Assembly: GCA_051942245.1 (NCBI GenBank)
Contig: JAVECL010000091.1
Span: 1-56,314 of the forward strand
From: Trypethelium eluteriae
Lineage: Eukaryota
DNA length: 56,314 nt
Direction: 5' to 3'
Shown here: positions 23,625 to 35,915 of the stretch, piece by piece
Layout: every line of letters begins with the position of its first letter
Numbering within the stretch: position 1 is the stretch's first letter
Program-made: the position numbers and the translations under genes
The notes under the pieces: generated by a model
What the model was told of the DNA's origin: nothing
Databases searched by the model: none
Seen by the model: the letters and a program-made list of their open reading frames with translations, nothing else

Positions 23625-25410
23625 ATGGCATTCAGAACAGATAACCGTGAGTATGCTTTATTAACTCAAAGTTACTCTCGCCATCTCCTCGGAAGGGAAC
23701 GTCATGTCTATTCCAATGTACAAATCCAAGATGCATACGTTCAAAAAGATGACTCTAGGAATTGATGCTAGCCAGAAGTATCCTCTCACGAGAGAAAAGC
23801 TGACGCCAGGTCTGGAAACCATCAATGCTTCACCGTTATCTAGCCCACACTGGAAGGATCGAAATTGGCGAGTGAGGGTACTTGCTGTGGCTTGTGTTCT
23901 ATTTCTCTACTGTCTCTGGCTTGGCTATTGGCCTTCTTGGGGGTACCACGGGCATCATGGACATGCAAAATCATCCGGTCATCTGGCTTGGGAAGCAGGC
24001 GATCCGGCGCAGCCAGAATGCCTCTACGACAATCTCCGGCTGCGAGACACTTTTATGAGTGAACTACGGGAGATGATTGACTGGCCATACCCACTCGACA
24101 TGTACGGTGCTACAGGAAGACGCGCTGTGATGCTGCAAAGAATCGCGCCAATTGCCGCAAAGCTTGATTCCGAATGCAGGACCTTCCCAGCTCAATCCAT
24201 GACTGAACGATTCGAGCATGCATTGGCCCACAACTACCCTTTCCTTCACAATCTCTCTATCACTGGAGCTCCTACTGCATGGAGAAAGCTAAAGCAACGC
24301 TTCGAGCCCAACTCTCGCGGCATCGTCATCACCATCGACGAAGAAAACTTCCGCCACGCCACTCACCTCATCTCCAATCTCCGCAACGTCGTCAAAACCG
24401 ACCTTCCCATCCAAGTCGCCTACGCCGGCATCGACAGCATCGGCAGCAAAAACCTCGAGCTCCTCTCCGAAATCAACCCAGACATCGAGCTCCTCAATCT
24501 CCTCTCCATCTTCGACGACTCCTACCTCAGCCTCGACCCCACCGACTCCCAAGCCCTCTGGGTGCTCAAACCCTTCGCGGTGCTCGCCTCCAAATTCGAG
24601 CATGTCGTCGGCCTAGACCCAGACGTCGTGCTCCTGCAGCCACCGGAGAACCTGCTCAACTCGTCCGGCTACGCCTGGCGCGGCATCTCGGTGTTCCAGG
24701 ATGGGCTGGTGCCGAATAATGACCGCGCCGCCTTCCTCGAATGGACCCGGTTCCACAAGAAAGCCGAGCCGTTCTTCGCCGACATGGACAAGCCGTGGAA
24801 GTCGGACTCGTCGCCGCTGATCGATGGTGGCATGGTGGCGATCGATAAGTCGCGGTTCCCTGTGTTGTTGGCGCTGCTGCAGGCGTGCTGGTTGAGTATG
24901 GGAGGGGTGAGAGACCAGGAGATGGGGAGGAGCAAGAACTTGAGGGAAGAGGTGTGGATGGCGGGGCCGGAGTTGGTGTGGACGGATTACTATATGCACC
25001 AGGAGTTTGGCACGATTTTGAAGGATGACTCGGTGGCGGAGGATGAGGAGGGATGTGGATACAAGTTTGCGCATGTGGATGATAAGGGTAAGCTGTTTTG
25101 GTATGGCGGTGGCTTGTCTAATCCTGGTGAGGGCAAGTCCATGGAGCTTCTCACGCCGACGAGACAGATTGAGAGCGGGTACTGGATCAAAGAGCTGGCG
25201 AACGGTGGATCAAATATGATCTGTACGAATGACACAGAGGCCGAAAACAAAATCGGCTCGGATGTGACTGGTGTCTTGCAGAAGTTGACGAACGACGCGC
25301 AACAACTCGACCGGAGATACGAGAGGTACTTTTCTTCCGCGAGATCTAGCTCCCCCAGCAGCAAGACTTCTAGCTCATTGCGCGAAGTAAGGTCTCAATC
25401 ATTTGGCTAA
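23625..25410 (+). CDS. Alpha-1,3-mannosyltransferase-like protein, MNN1 family (GT71)
   Basis: Type II TM segment (VLAVACVLFLYCLWL); motifs RGIVI, LPIQVAYAG, KPFAVLASKFEHVVGLDPD (DxD), MVAIDK. Probable first exon 23625-23646 plus intron 23647-23695, in frame with ORF 23704. Confidence 0.82.
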
Positions 25411-25602
25411 AGCTTTCCTTGGGTGTATATACTTCCTCTTTCCCGACCCTTTAATGATGAATCACAAAACTTTCTACGCGTATGGCTGTAAGAGAGATGC
25501 TTTTATTGAAGTAGATTGGCGTCATCGACTGAAAGTGACAGCAACGAAATGGTCACAATAGAGCCGAAAATGTGAGGTCCTCTCCCGCTATCTTTGACCA
25601 TA

Positions 25603-27400
25603 TTAGGAGCTTCCGATAGCTTTGACGGGATACAGACGCATCCAAAGATACCACAGTCCCATTGTCGCGCCGGTCAGAGGCACTGATACCGCCCAATATA
25701 GCCAAAATCTCTGCGAAACCACGAATGCCTCTGGCTCACCTCCGCTCCCGGGCGCGTAATTGAAGAACGTCATGCTAAATATCGACTTTGAACGCCCCCT
25801 CAGTACTGGGCAAGCTCATTGCATATGCAGCTGGTCACTTACACTGGTAAAAGTTGCAGGAAGGAAGACCATTGTGAGCATGGCGAGGGTTTTCATAGCG
25901 GTGCTGTCGCTTTGTACGGCTTTTCCGATTTGGACGGATACTCGGCTGTCGTATTGGGAAACGACATTGAAAGCCTAGGTCATTAGCCACGATATCATCG
26001 ACAGAATATCAAAACCGCTTGGCGAGATTAGTGTGGGTAGCTTCGCAGCATCTTGAAGGCTGGCGGTAAATGTGAAGTAAGCGGTATCTGGGATTGAGCA
26101 GTGTGTCTTGTGTACTCTGATGATTGGAGGTATCTTTGACGTAGAATGAATTCGAGGACTGACTAGATTAAGTTCATTTTGCAATCTCTCTCTGTTAGAT
26201 TGGGAACGAAACTTTAGGCTTTCTAGAAGTTGGCACTGGAAAGCAAGTCGACTCTTTAAGTGCTTTGCAGCCACTTTCGCTTCGCCATCGCTAGGCGGAT
26301 CCTCGGTAAGGTACGTGTCGTGCTGATTGATTAAGCTGCGGACGGAGCTTTCTGCGATCCTTAAGGACTCATGAGAATGAATAGCGTGTCGCGCGATATC
26401 ATGGAGTTTCGGGTAGTTTGGATGGACGATGAGGGAATTGTCTCGGAGCTGAACACATTAGGTCTCGTCTTCGAATAATAAGAGAAAAGTAGACATGAGG
26501 TCATCCTCAATCATTACAGGCACAGGATACCGTCAGCGTTGGCGGACTATCTCTACCTGCGAAGAGGGACAGAAGCTCGATATTCTCCATGATCCAAATA
26601 CAACTCTTACTTACCCGCTCTGTTTCCCGCACTGCATCTCGAATGGACCAGACGGAGTCATCTTGCAGGTCTATAATCTCCTGAACTGCCAAGACGTGGA
26701 TCCAGTAAGGGTTATGAAGGTATCGAGAATCGTTGTCCTGAAGCACTTTGATAGGGAAGCGTGGCCGAACGCTCATCGGTATATCAAAAAATACTACAAC
26801 ATTTCGATGAGGGGACACCCACTTCGTGAAGAAGCTTAGTGCTTCCCAAACGTAGTTTTTCCCATCCTGACCGTAATGGCTTAGAAGTCGTTTGATAAGA
26901 AAGCGGGTCCTGGATGCTGCAAGCTTTGAGTTGAAGGGTTATCAAACGCGTGATGCGTATCTTACTGTGTCCAAGATATTTGCCATCCCTATCAAAAAGA
27001 TCCTCGTGGCCGGTATAGCCGTTGGAAATCTGGCCATCATCGATGCCGAGAAAAGAAGACCAAGTCAGATGCTCCCGAAGTCGCCAACTGCAGGTGCTAC
27101 AGTCTCTCAGGCTTTGTGCTGTTGCGGAGCTCCTATTTGTCAGAAGGACTTGAAGCAGCTGGAGCTGAACAATCTTTTACATTAAATATGTGGATGGCAC
27201 CTCGGAGATTATCTGGGGAATTGTTAGAAGCTCGCTGAGAGTATTGCAACTGGTTGGAGATACCTTGCACAATTCATCTATGTTTGCTTGTGCATAATTT
27301 GTGCTCCATTGCCCATTTTCTGCGCTGCGTCAGCCAAATTTCTTTCCTTACTTGCAGATGCAACTCCACACCTCGTTTCAATATGTCTACCTTGCAACAT
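25603..27400 (-). CDS. Fungal CorA-like (Mg2+ transporter-like) two-TM membrane protein, ~388 aa
   Basis: Not visible as one ORF. Eight exons with introns 27320-27390, 27213-27263, 27133-27180, 26917-26965, 26449-26614, 25975-26163 and 25786-25842 give an open frame. Motifs LQDDSVWSIRDAVR, NYPKLHDIARHAIHSHE, SNRERLQNELNLAFN, DSTAMKTLAMLTMVFLPATFTSSIFSMTFF, FWLYWAVSVPLT. The three 5' exons are less certain. Confidence 0.8.
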
Positions 27401-28128
27401 TGCAAGGACTTCTCAACAGTCATCATGCCAAATGTTGAAACATGTCTTTTGTGGCGCGCAGAAAGAAGTTCGAGCCGCTGCGGAAGGCCATTGACGAGGC
27501 TGAGGATTCCCCCGATGATGCAACCTAGAGTACTGATTTGGCTGAGCCTGCAGCATGTCGGCGTTTTCTGCAGGCAGTGTTCGCGCAAAGCGACCGCTGC
27601 TGATTAAGACAGCGAGGCAGATCTGAATCGTGTCATATGGTTTCTTGTCGCTCCTTGAATACGATAGGGCACTCTCAGCAGCAAGGCTCTAAATCAATGC
27701 ACCAAATTCTAATCTAAATTACGGAGTGCTCAAGCACCAAAGCTCAGAAGCTTGCCTCTACAGGATAAGTTGAATGAGCCCGAAAATCCCCAAATGATCG
27801 TCCATAGCCTTACATATTTCTGTTTATTTCTCACTCTTACTTTTGTCTTTTACTCCCGTTTGTTTTTGTTTTTGGGGGTTTGACAAGGATTGTTGCGAGG
27901 CTATGCCAAATTCGGTACTGCTTGTTCAAATGGCGAACCCTGTGGCGCCTCCAAAACTCTTATCACGGAATGGAGAGCTACCTATGAATGGCCAGCTGGG
28001 CCACATGATCAGCACACTCAGCCTCGCCTCGTCTTCATAAGTCGTCTCTTCCCAGAGAACTCGGGGGCCCGAGACTAGGGACTGGGCCGCCCATCATTTC
28101 CATCCGTACCATTACTTGTTTGGAAACA

Positions 28129-31100
28129 ATGTCTAAGCGCCCGAATGAAGACGAGCAACAAACTGAACGTTCGATGAGCGCGTTATGCCTTACCGACGAA
28201 GGAGAGAAAGCCTCGAGCGACATTAAAGCCCAAGCCTTGTCAAATGACCACTTTACCGTTGGATGGATCTGCGCTCTAGAAATCGAAGTAATCGCTGCGC
28301 TGGAAATGCTCGACAAAAGATACATCGATTTCACTCCCAAAACCAACGAATCTGACTGGAACAGTTATCGATGTGGTAGGATCAGAGACCACATGCTCAT
28401 TATTGCCAGCCCGCCGCAGTATGGCCCTATCCAGGCAGCCCAATGTGCAACACATATGGTCCACGCTTTCCCTCATATCAGGACTGTTCTTATGGTTGGA
28501 ATCGGCGGGGGAATCCCCAGCATGGCACATGACATACGACTTGGGGATGTAATCGTTAGCACTCCTCAAGGGACGTCTCCTAGTGTTATACAGTATGACC
28601 TAGGAAAGCAACGTGGGGAGGAATTTGTCCCGACAGGGTCTTTAAATAGACCTCCTTCTTTCTTACTGGCTGCAGCTAAGTCACTAGCTGTGGACCATAC
28701 GATGGGTAAAGGAAGGCTTGCGAATATCCTTTGCCAGATGCTGGAGAAAAATGATAACACACGGCAAAATTTTCCTGTGCCCGATCCTGAGTCAGACGAG
28801 CTCTATGCGGATGACTTTCCGCATGTTGGACTAACTAGTTCTAACTGCGTTCTATGCAAGGCAAAACCTACGAGTCGCATTGTGCCGCGAAACGGTATTC
28901 GAACCTCACCTGCTATTCACCATGGCGTTATTGCATCCGGAAGTCTTGTTGTCAAAGACACTTCGACCAGAGAGCGGATTAGGAAACAACATAATGCCCT
29001 CTGTCTAGAAATGGAGGCTGCTGGCCTGATGACTGATTTTCCCTGCATAGTTATCCGTGGAGTCTCTGACTACGCAGACTCACACAAGAACGACCGCTGG
29101 CAGCCGTATGCATCAGCAACTGCCGCTGCATATGCGAAGGAATTATTGCTCAAACTGGGGAATTACCAAGTGGCAGAAGAGCCGACAGTCAAAGATCTGC
29201 TGAAGGAAATTGATAAAGGTAAGGACTGGAGCTGGTTTTGGCATCAGCCAAATATCAGAATATTCGACTGACACTCCCAAAAAGTTTCAAAGCTTGCAAG
29301 CGAGACCAATATTGGTGTACGGAATCTCACAGAGGCCGATCGCTTCAACAAAGATGGTAGGTTCGTCGAAACACCTACGTCGTAATTTTTACCACATCGG
29401 CCTAATAATCGCGTAGAGCACCTCCGTCAAGAAATCATTCGGCTCCTCCCACCTGTAGACTTCATGAGTAGAAGGGATGACGTCCTTTCAAAACGCTTGG
29501 CGGAAACAGGGACATGGATCCTTGAGTCCGAAAATTTTCAGGGCTGGATCAATGGTCTAGGAAACGGGATCCTTTATTGTCCAGGTATACCTGGAGCTGG
29601 AAAGACCATGATTGCCTCGATTGTAGCTGACCACTTGATCAGAGGCGCTGGTGGCGAAAGTTCAATAGTATTGTCGGCTTACTATGACTACAAGGATACG
29701 GCCAACCAACAAACAAGCAAGATGGTCGCAGGGCTGTTGAAGCAGGCAATAAGAATCAGTTCAGCAGTGGAGAAGCCGATGAAAAACTTGCATAATATCC
29801 TTGTAAAAGGAACTCCTACGATCGAGGACCTAGGCGAATCTCTAGTGTCGATTCTGAATGGCTTTCGTCAAACCTACATTGTGGTCGATGCCTTGGATGA
29901 GTGCTATGATCAGGCGAGCCGTAAAAAGTATCTGCGCTTCCTTGAGCAATTGAAGAAAAACTGCTCTGGCGTCAGACTCTTTCTCACATCTAGACCAGAT
30001 CCACATGTTGACAGCCTTGTCCAAGGGCAGCGCCTCGACATTCAGACCATACAAGACGACATAGCAAAGGTGGTAGATCACCGTATTGCCTCTCTTGATA
30101 TATCAATACCCAGCGATCTAGCCAATCGCGCAAGAGAAAAAGTTACCCGCTCTACGAATGGGATGTAAGTACGTAATTTATCTTGTCTAATTCGATCTTT
30201 CTAATGGTAGTCAAGGTTCCTGCTAGCATATCTTCATGTTGAATCGTTGAAAGACGCGACAAATGAAGACGAGTTCGAAATAGCACTCAACAAGCTTTCC
30301 GACTCTCTCCCTAAAGCCTACGAAACGGTCATTGAGAGGATTAATCTTCTCACCCTAAATCAACGGGTACTTGCTAAAAGACTCATTGCGTGGGCTGTCT
30401 TCTCTATTTCGCCTTTAAATACGGGAGAGCTGCAGCACGCATTAGCAGTGGAGATCGGAGACCAGGCATTCAATGCGAAGCGTATCAGAAGTATTGAGAT
30501 TACTCTCTCTGTATCTGCTGGTCTTGTCACACGTGATATAAAGAGCGACACTATTCGTCCAGTGCACGAGACTGTCCAGGAGTTTTTTTCTCAGAAGCTT
30601 GAATTCTGGGACGAGAACCCACAGATCTACCTTGCAAGAACATGCCTCACATATCTGGCGTTCCAGGCTCCTTTGGCAGAGATGGAGGTTGAACAAAGCA
30701 TAAGGAAAGACGATGTAATACTGGGAATTAATAAGTTTCTTCTGAGTCTAGAGCGGAGAAATTCCCAGAAGCGGTCGATATCAAGAGACCACGAATTTGC
30801 TATGGATCGCTGGCAGTTCTTCACGTACGCAAGGCATTTCTGGGGAGAGCACCTTCGAGATGTGGCGAAGGAGTGCAAGCATAAGGCGCTTCTACTGCTG
30901 TTGGAGAGAAAGGAATGCCTCCCAAAGATTTGCTGCCCGAACTTCCGGTTTTGCTATTCATGCTCCTCGGCATTCGATGCCAGTATCACCGGTCTGCACA
31001 TCGCGGCTGCATATGGGCTTGAAAGTTATGGAGAACTGTTGATAAATAGGGGCGTTTCACTAAGCGCTGTTGATAAAAAAGGGCGAACACCCCTCTACAT

Positions 31101-32130
31101 CGCAGCCACATGGGGGAACACATCTATGATTAAGCCTCTTTATACCCAAGAAGTAGCGAATACCCGATGCTACAATGCAGGCTCGACCCCGTTGCTCGCG
31201 GCCGCTGGTCGTGGTTGTGCCGACGTCATAAAGCAACTACTTAGCTATGGGGCGGATGTCAATGCCGTGGGCCGGAGAGGTAATACTGCACTTATTTCGG
31301 CTTCAATCAATAAACAGGTCGAGGTCGTTGGCCTCTTACTTAGCCATGGGGCGAATATTCTTACAGCCCGCCTGAGAGGGGAGACTGCACTTCACTGTGC
31401 CTCATACTCTGGATGCGTTGACGTTGCGGACCTCTTACTCAGGCACGGAGCAAATATCAATATGGGAACCAGAAGCAATGAAACTGCACTTCATTGGGCT
31501 TCATTTCATGGACATATCGAGCTTGTGGATCTCTTACTTAGCCACGGGGCGGATGTCGATGTGAGAACCTTCAGGAGCAATGTAACTGCACTCCATTTGG
31601 CCTCATTCCTTGGACATACCGAGATTGTGGACCTCCTACTCAGGTATGGGGCTGATGCTGAAGCTCGGCACAGTGATGCCTTGTCAGCCAATCAACACGT
31701 TCTGGGCCGGTCTTTGGGAGGAAATCCTTGGGGAATGTCGCCTCCCACGATACCTCGTAGGACTGATTGGAAATTGACAAGTTTTGTAGAATGTCTCTCT
31801 GGATTCACAGCGCTGCATGATGCATGTCTGGTGGGAAATCATAAGACAGTGAAGCTTTTGTTGTGTCATAACGTGGACGTGAATGTGCAAACTTTGGGAC
31901 ATCGCGTGACGCCGCTTTTCATTGCATGTGCCGCTGGCGAAGTTGATCTCGTGAAGGAACTGCTACGGTCTGGAGCAGACGTCAATGCTAGAGACAACCA
32001 AAACTCCACTCCACTGCACACCGCACGTCAGATAGCTAGACGTGGGAATAAAAGGAATGAAATTGTTCGGCTTCTGCTTGATCATCTTACGAGCGGGTTG
32101 GGAACTCTGACAGGTGAGCATCACGCTTAA
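28129..32130 (+). CDS. Fungal NLR-like protein: PNP_UDP_1 (nucleoside phosphorylase) - NACHT - ankyrin repeats, ~1274 aa
   Basis: PNP motifs VGWICAL, LMVGIGGG, DIRLGDVIVS, CLEMEAAG, IRGVSDYADSHKND. Walker A GIPGAGKT, Walker B YIVVDALDE, FLTSRP, GMFLLA across an intron. About 10 ankyrin repeats. Introns 29219-29284, 29357-29416 and 30165-30215 keep frame. Confidence 0.93.
31225..31665 (+). repeat. Nucleotide-level tandem ankyrin repeat block (99-102 bp units)
   Basis: actgcact(t/c) recurs at 31285, 31384, 31483 and 31585 (spacing 99/99/102); a ctcttact..ag..a.gg.gc motif recurs once per unit. Confidence 0.8.
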
Positions 32131-32552
32131 TGTCGAACGCCTGGGCTCAAGATTAGATACATTGAAATTTCTCGGTTTATTCCTTCGAGAGTGGGTATAG
32201 CTGTATAAGTACGTTGATCTGCTTATGAGAAGTGGAACGATCGACGCAGATGTATGTACTATGTAAGATAGCATATCCTGTATTTCAAGAAATGTTCTAT
32301 CATCTATCTTATGATCAGAATCTTGATCCTCTAGTCCCATCTCACTATGGCGTAGTCATTCAGAAGTAAATCATCACCTCTAACATGAAAATCAATAAGG
32401 GTAAATGGAAGACCTGCACGAAAACCCAGCGCCGGCCTCAGTGACGTACCCAGCACAGCAAACACATGAAGCATGATCAAGTGATGTAACAAAGGAGAGA
32501 GCTTTTGGTGATGATATCTTAATGGATGTGCAAGAGCAGTAGGACTGGCAAT

Positions 32553-35500
32553 TTACTCATCCTCATCGCTGAACACCTCCTCACCCCTCTTCCGCCGAGC
32601 CATACGCTCCTTCTTCTTCTTGCGCAGCTCCGAAGAGGTGAGCTTCGACTTCTTCTTTGAGGTTTCAATCTGAGAAATAAACATTAGTACACGACCCTTG
32701 AACATCCAAGATTGGCGGCGGAGCTTTCACTCACCTTGTTACCCATCGCATCGAATTTCTCCTCCTCATCACCTCCCTCCTTCAGCCTTGGACCAGATCC
32801 CTGTCCCTGCACCCAATTGTGCCCAGACGGCGTCATCTTACCATCCATAACCGCCCACACTTCTTCCGTCAGATCCTTCGTGAACTCCGCACTGTGCGTA
32901 ATGATAATGACACCACCCTCAAACGCCTTAAGCGCCTTAGATAGCGCACCCAACGAATCGCGATCAAGATAATTCGTCGGCTCATCCAACACAATCAGAT
33001 GAGGCCGCTGCCACGAGCACGCAGCAAGCACGACCTTAACCCTCTGCCCACCCGACAGTCCGCGCATACGGGAGTGCGAGACGAGCTCCGCATCAAGGCC
33101 GAAGTTCGCGCAATGGCTCTCGATCTCCTTGCGCACCAACGGGCGGAACTGACCGGAAGCGAGCGCCTCCTTCTGGTCGACCTCGGCGACCATCTTGCTG
33201 TGGGACTGCATGATTTCGGAGCGCGGGATCCAGGCGTTGTCGGCGGTCATCATTGGGGTCCAGCGCTCGTTCTTCTGGCCGACGTTGTCGCCGAGCGCGA
33301 AGGAGCACTCGTACTCGTAGCTGTTCTTGAATTTGCGGCGCGAGTGGATGCCGATGACGCGGCGCTGCGAGCCCTCGATCTTGTAGATCTTGTCCATGGC
33401 TTTCTCGTCCTCGTCGGTGATGATCTTGTTGGCGCGGTCCATGGTCTCGCGGTCCTCGCCGGTCTGGAAGCGCCATTGGATGTACTCTGATGGCGTCTTG
33501 TCGAGGTGGTGGTCGATGTGGGCGAAGGCGTGCTGCTTGATGTAGGCGATGCGGATGTTCTCGTGCTGGTAGACGTCACCGGCGGTGGGGATGAGTTCAC
33601 CAGTCAGGACGTTGACGAGAGTGGACTTGCCAGCACCGTTGGGACCGATGACGGCGATACGAGAGCCAAGCGAACATTGGAAAGTGATGTCGGAGATTTG
33701 AGGCTTGGAGGTTCCTGCGTACTGGAAGGACATGTTGGTAACGCGGACGATGGCCTTGGCCTTGGTTTTGACACCCTCGAGGAAGCCGGGTTCAGGGAAT
33801 CTGAATTCCATTTCAGAAGCACCGAGCTCGTAGTAGGACTTGGCCGACGGAACACGCTTGACGAAGTCGCTAAGAGTGCCACGGTACCGCTTGAGCTTGA
33901 AACGCTCGTAGTGGATGACGTGCTGAATGACATGATCTAAGAATCGACTGTCGTGGGAAATGATGATGGATGTGCAAGGAGAGTTAGTCAGATAGTCCTC
34001 AAGCCACTTGACATTCTTGACGTCCAAGTGGTTGGTAGGCTCGTCGAGCATGAGGATGTCTGGCTCTTCAAACACAGCACGGGCAAGGGCAAGCTTCATC
34101 TTCCAGCCACCGGAGAGGGAAGTGATGGGTGATTCGAGCTGCTCCTTGACAAATCCGAACTCAATAAGCTTCTCCTCAACTTCATTCTGTGGCTTGTTAA
34201 TGCCGACAGATTCCAGCTTCTTCAAAGTCCAGCCCAAGACAGTTTGCTCGGTATCAGCAGCATCAAGATCGTGCTCGACATAGACGGTCTTAACTTCGTT
34301 CTGTTTGGGGAAACCTTCGACCTGCTCGTTGTTGATGGCGCGCATGAGCGTGGTCTTACCGGATCCGTTGGGTCCCAGCAAACCATAACGTTGGCCACGC
34401 TTCAAGCGAAGGTGTGTCTGGTTGAGCAGGATCTTGGCACCATAGGCCAAGTTGAAGGTGCAATTGCAGAGATCCTCACCCTCTTCCTCATCGGCTTCCG
34501 CCTCATCCTCCTCTTCGACACCAGGGGAAGCTCGTTTCCGGAGAGACTCGGCAATAGGCTTGGAATCGTCATCGCCAGCAATCACGGTAATGTATGGGAG
34601 GGTGTTAGTAGTCCAGCTGATTTGTTCGGTATCCTTCTCGTCAATCAATTGACCGCCAATGGCAGCGATGTATTCGAGAATAGGGTCGAGCTGGTTCGCC
34701 TTTGCAGTGTGCTTGGATGGGAAGCATTGTTTGAGAACGCCGAGAACGGTGGCAATGTCACCTGCCTTGGAGACTTCTGGGATCTTGCCATCCTTGACAT
34801 CACCCACACGAACGAGGGTATCGAGACCTTGCTTCGTCTTTTCACGAGCCTCGGGATCGGCGATGTTCTCGTAGTTCTTCGTCAAACTAGGCATCAGCTT
34901 GGGTAGGAAAGGAGCAACGATCTGCGGGTCTTCGACAAGCTTGCACATGTTGTCGACAATGACAGCGGACTTTCGCTTGATAGCAGTCTCACGCTCGACG
35001 AGACCACGTTCAAGGAGAGGCACCATGATGGCAAGTGTGGGCTCGTGGACATCGGTAACGAATGTTGTGGCACCTAATAGATGGACCGTCTCTGGAACGT
35101 TCTCCGGTTTGGCGATACATTTGATGAGCTCCGGGATGAAGCGCTCGATATCCTTATTGGAGATGAGTTCGCAAACCTTCTCCATTGTGCCGTAGGCTTT
35201 CTTCTTGACTTCTGGCTTCGTGTCCCACATTGCCTCTGAAACGATGGGAATCAGATCTGGAACCCGGAAGGCAGTCTGAGCGGGTGCACTGGCGCAGAGA
35301 GCTTCGATGCAGTCCAAGTCGGTAATCTTTTCGGGCCATTTTTGAGCGGTACGAAGAGAATTGATGATTGGAGGAAGGACCGCTTTCACAGCGTTGGCGT
35401 TGGTTGACTTGATGATGGCAAGTGCGGCCGCCTGAGCGGCATTCTTGACTGGCACCATCTTATCACCAATTGCGGAGAGGACATTGGAGAGAAGCTTGAC

Positions 35501-35915
35501 AAGGTATGGCTCGATGGCAGGTGAAACATCTTGATGTTGAGCGATGGCGCGGATAGCATCGAGAGCCCGTTCTCTTGCAACAGCGTCCTTCTTGTTGGCG
35601 AGCTGCTTCTTCAGCAGCTCAACGGCTCTGGAAGAACAATGTCAGCTGTGTCCCCTCAAAATTGCGACCGTGGTCAAACATCGCTAAGGCCTTTGCAGTT
35701 GATGCAAGTAAAACGACTCACTTTGTAGGCGCATCTTGCTCCTCGATGTCACCATTGATGAGTGTGGCGATGTCAAGGGATGCAGCACTAATCTCATCTT
35801 GAGACTTGGAGACGCTCAATCTTGAGAGCAGCTCTTCCAGTACTTTGATGGATTTGGCGTTTTCGGATTTGATCTGACCCGGGGTGTGGGCGTTGGTCTC
35901 AGTGACTCCGGGCAT
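32553..35915 (-). CDS. YEF3: Translation elongation factor 3 (eEF3, fungal ABC-F type)
   Basis: HEAT region, two ABC cassettes (GPNGSGKTT...[11 protein letters not shown]...[18 protein letters not shown]...LSGGQRVK...LDEPTNYLD), chromodomain insert, C-terminal [22 protein letters not shown]. Introns 35628-35721 and 32670-32734. Confidence 0.97.
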
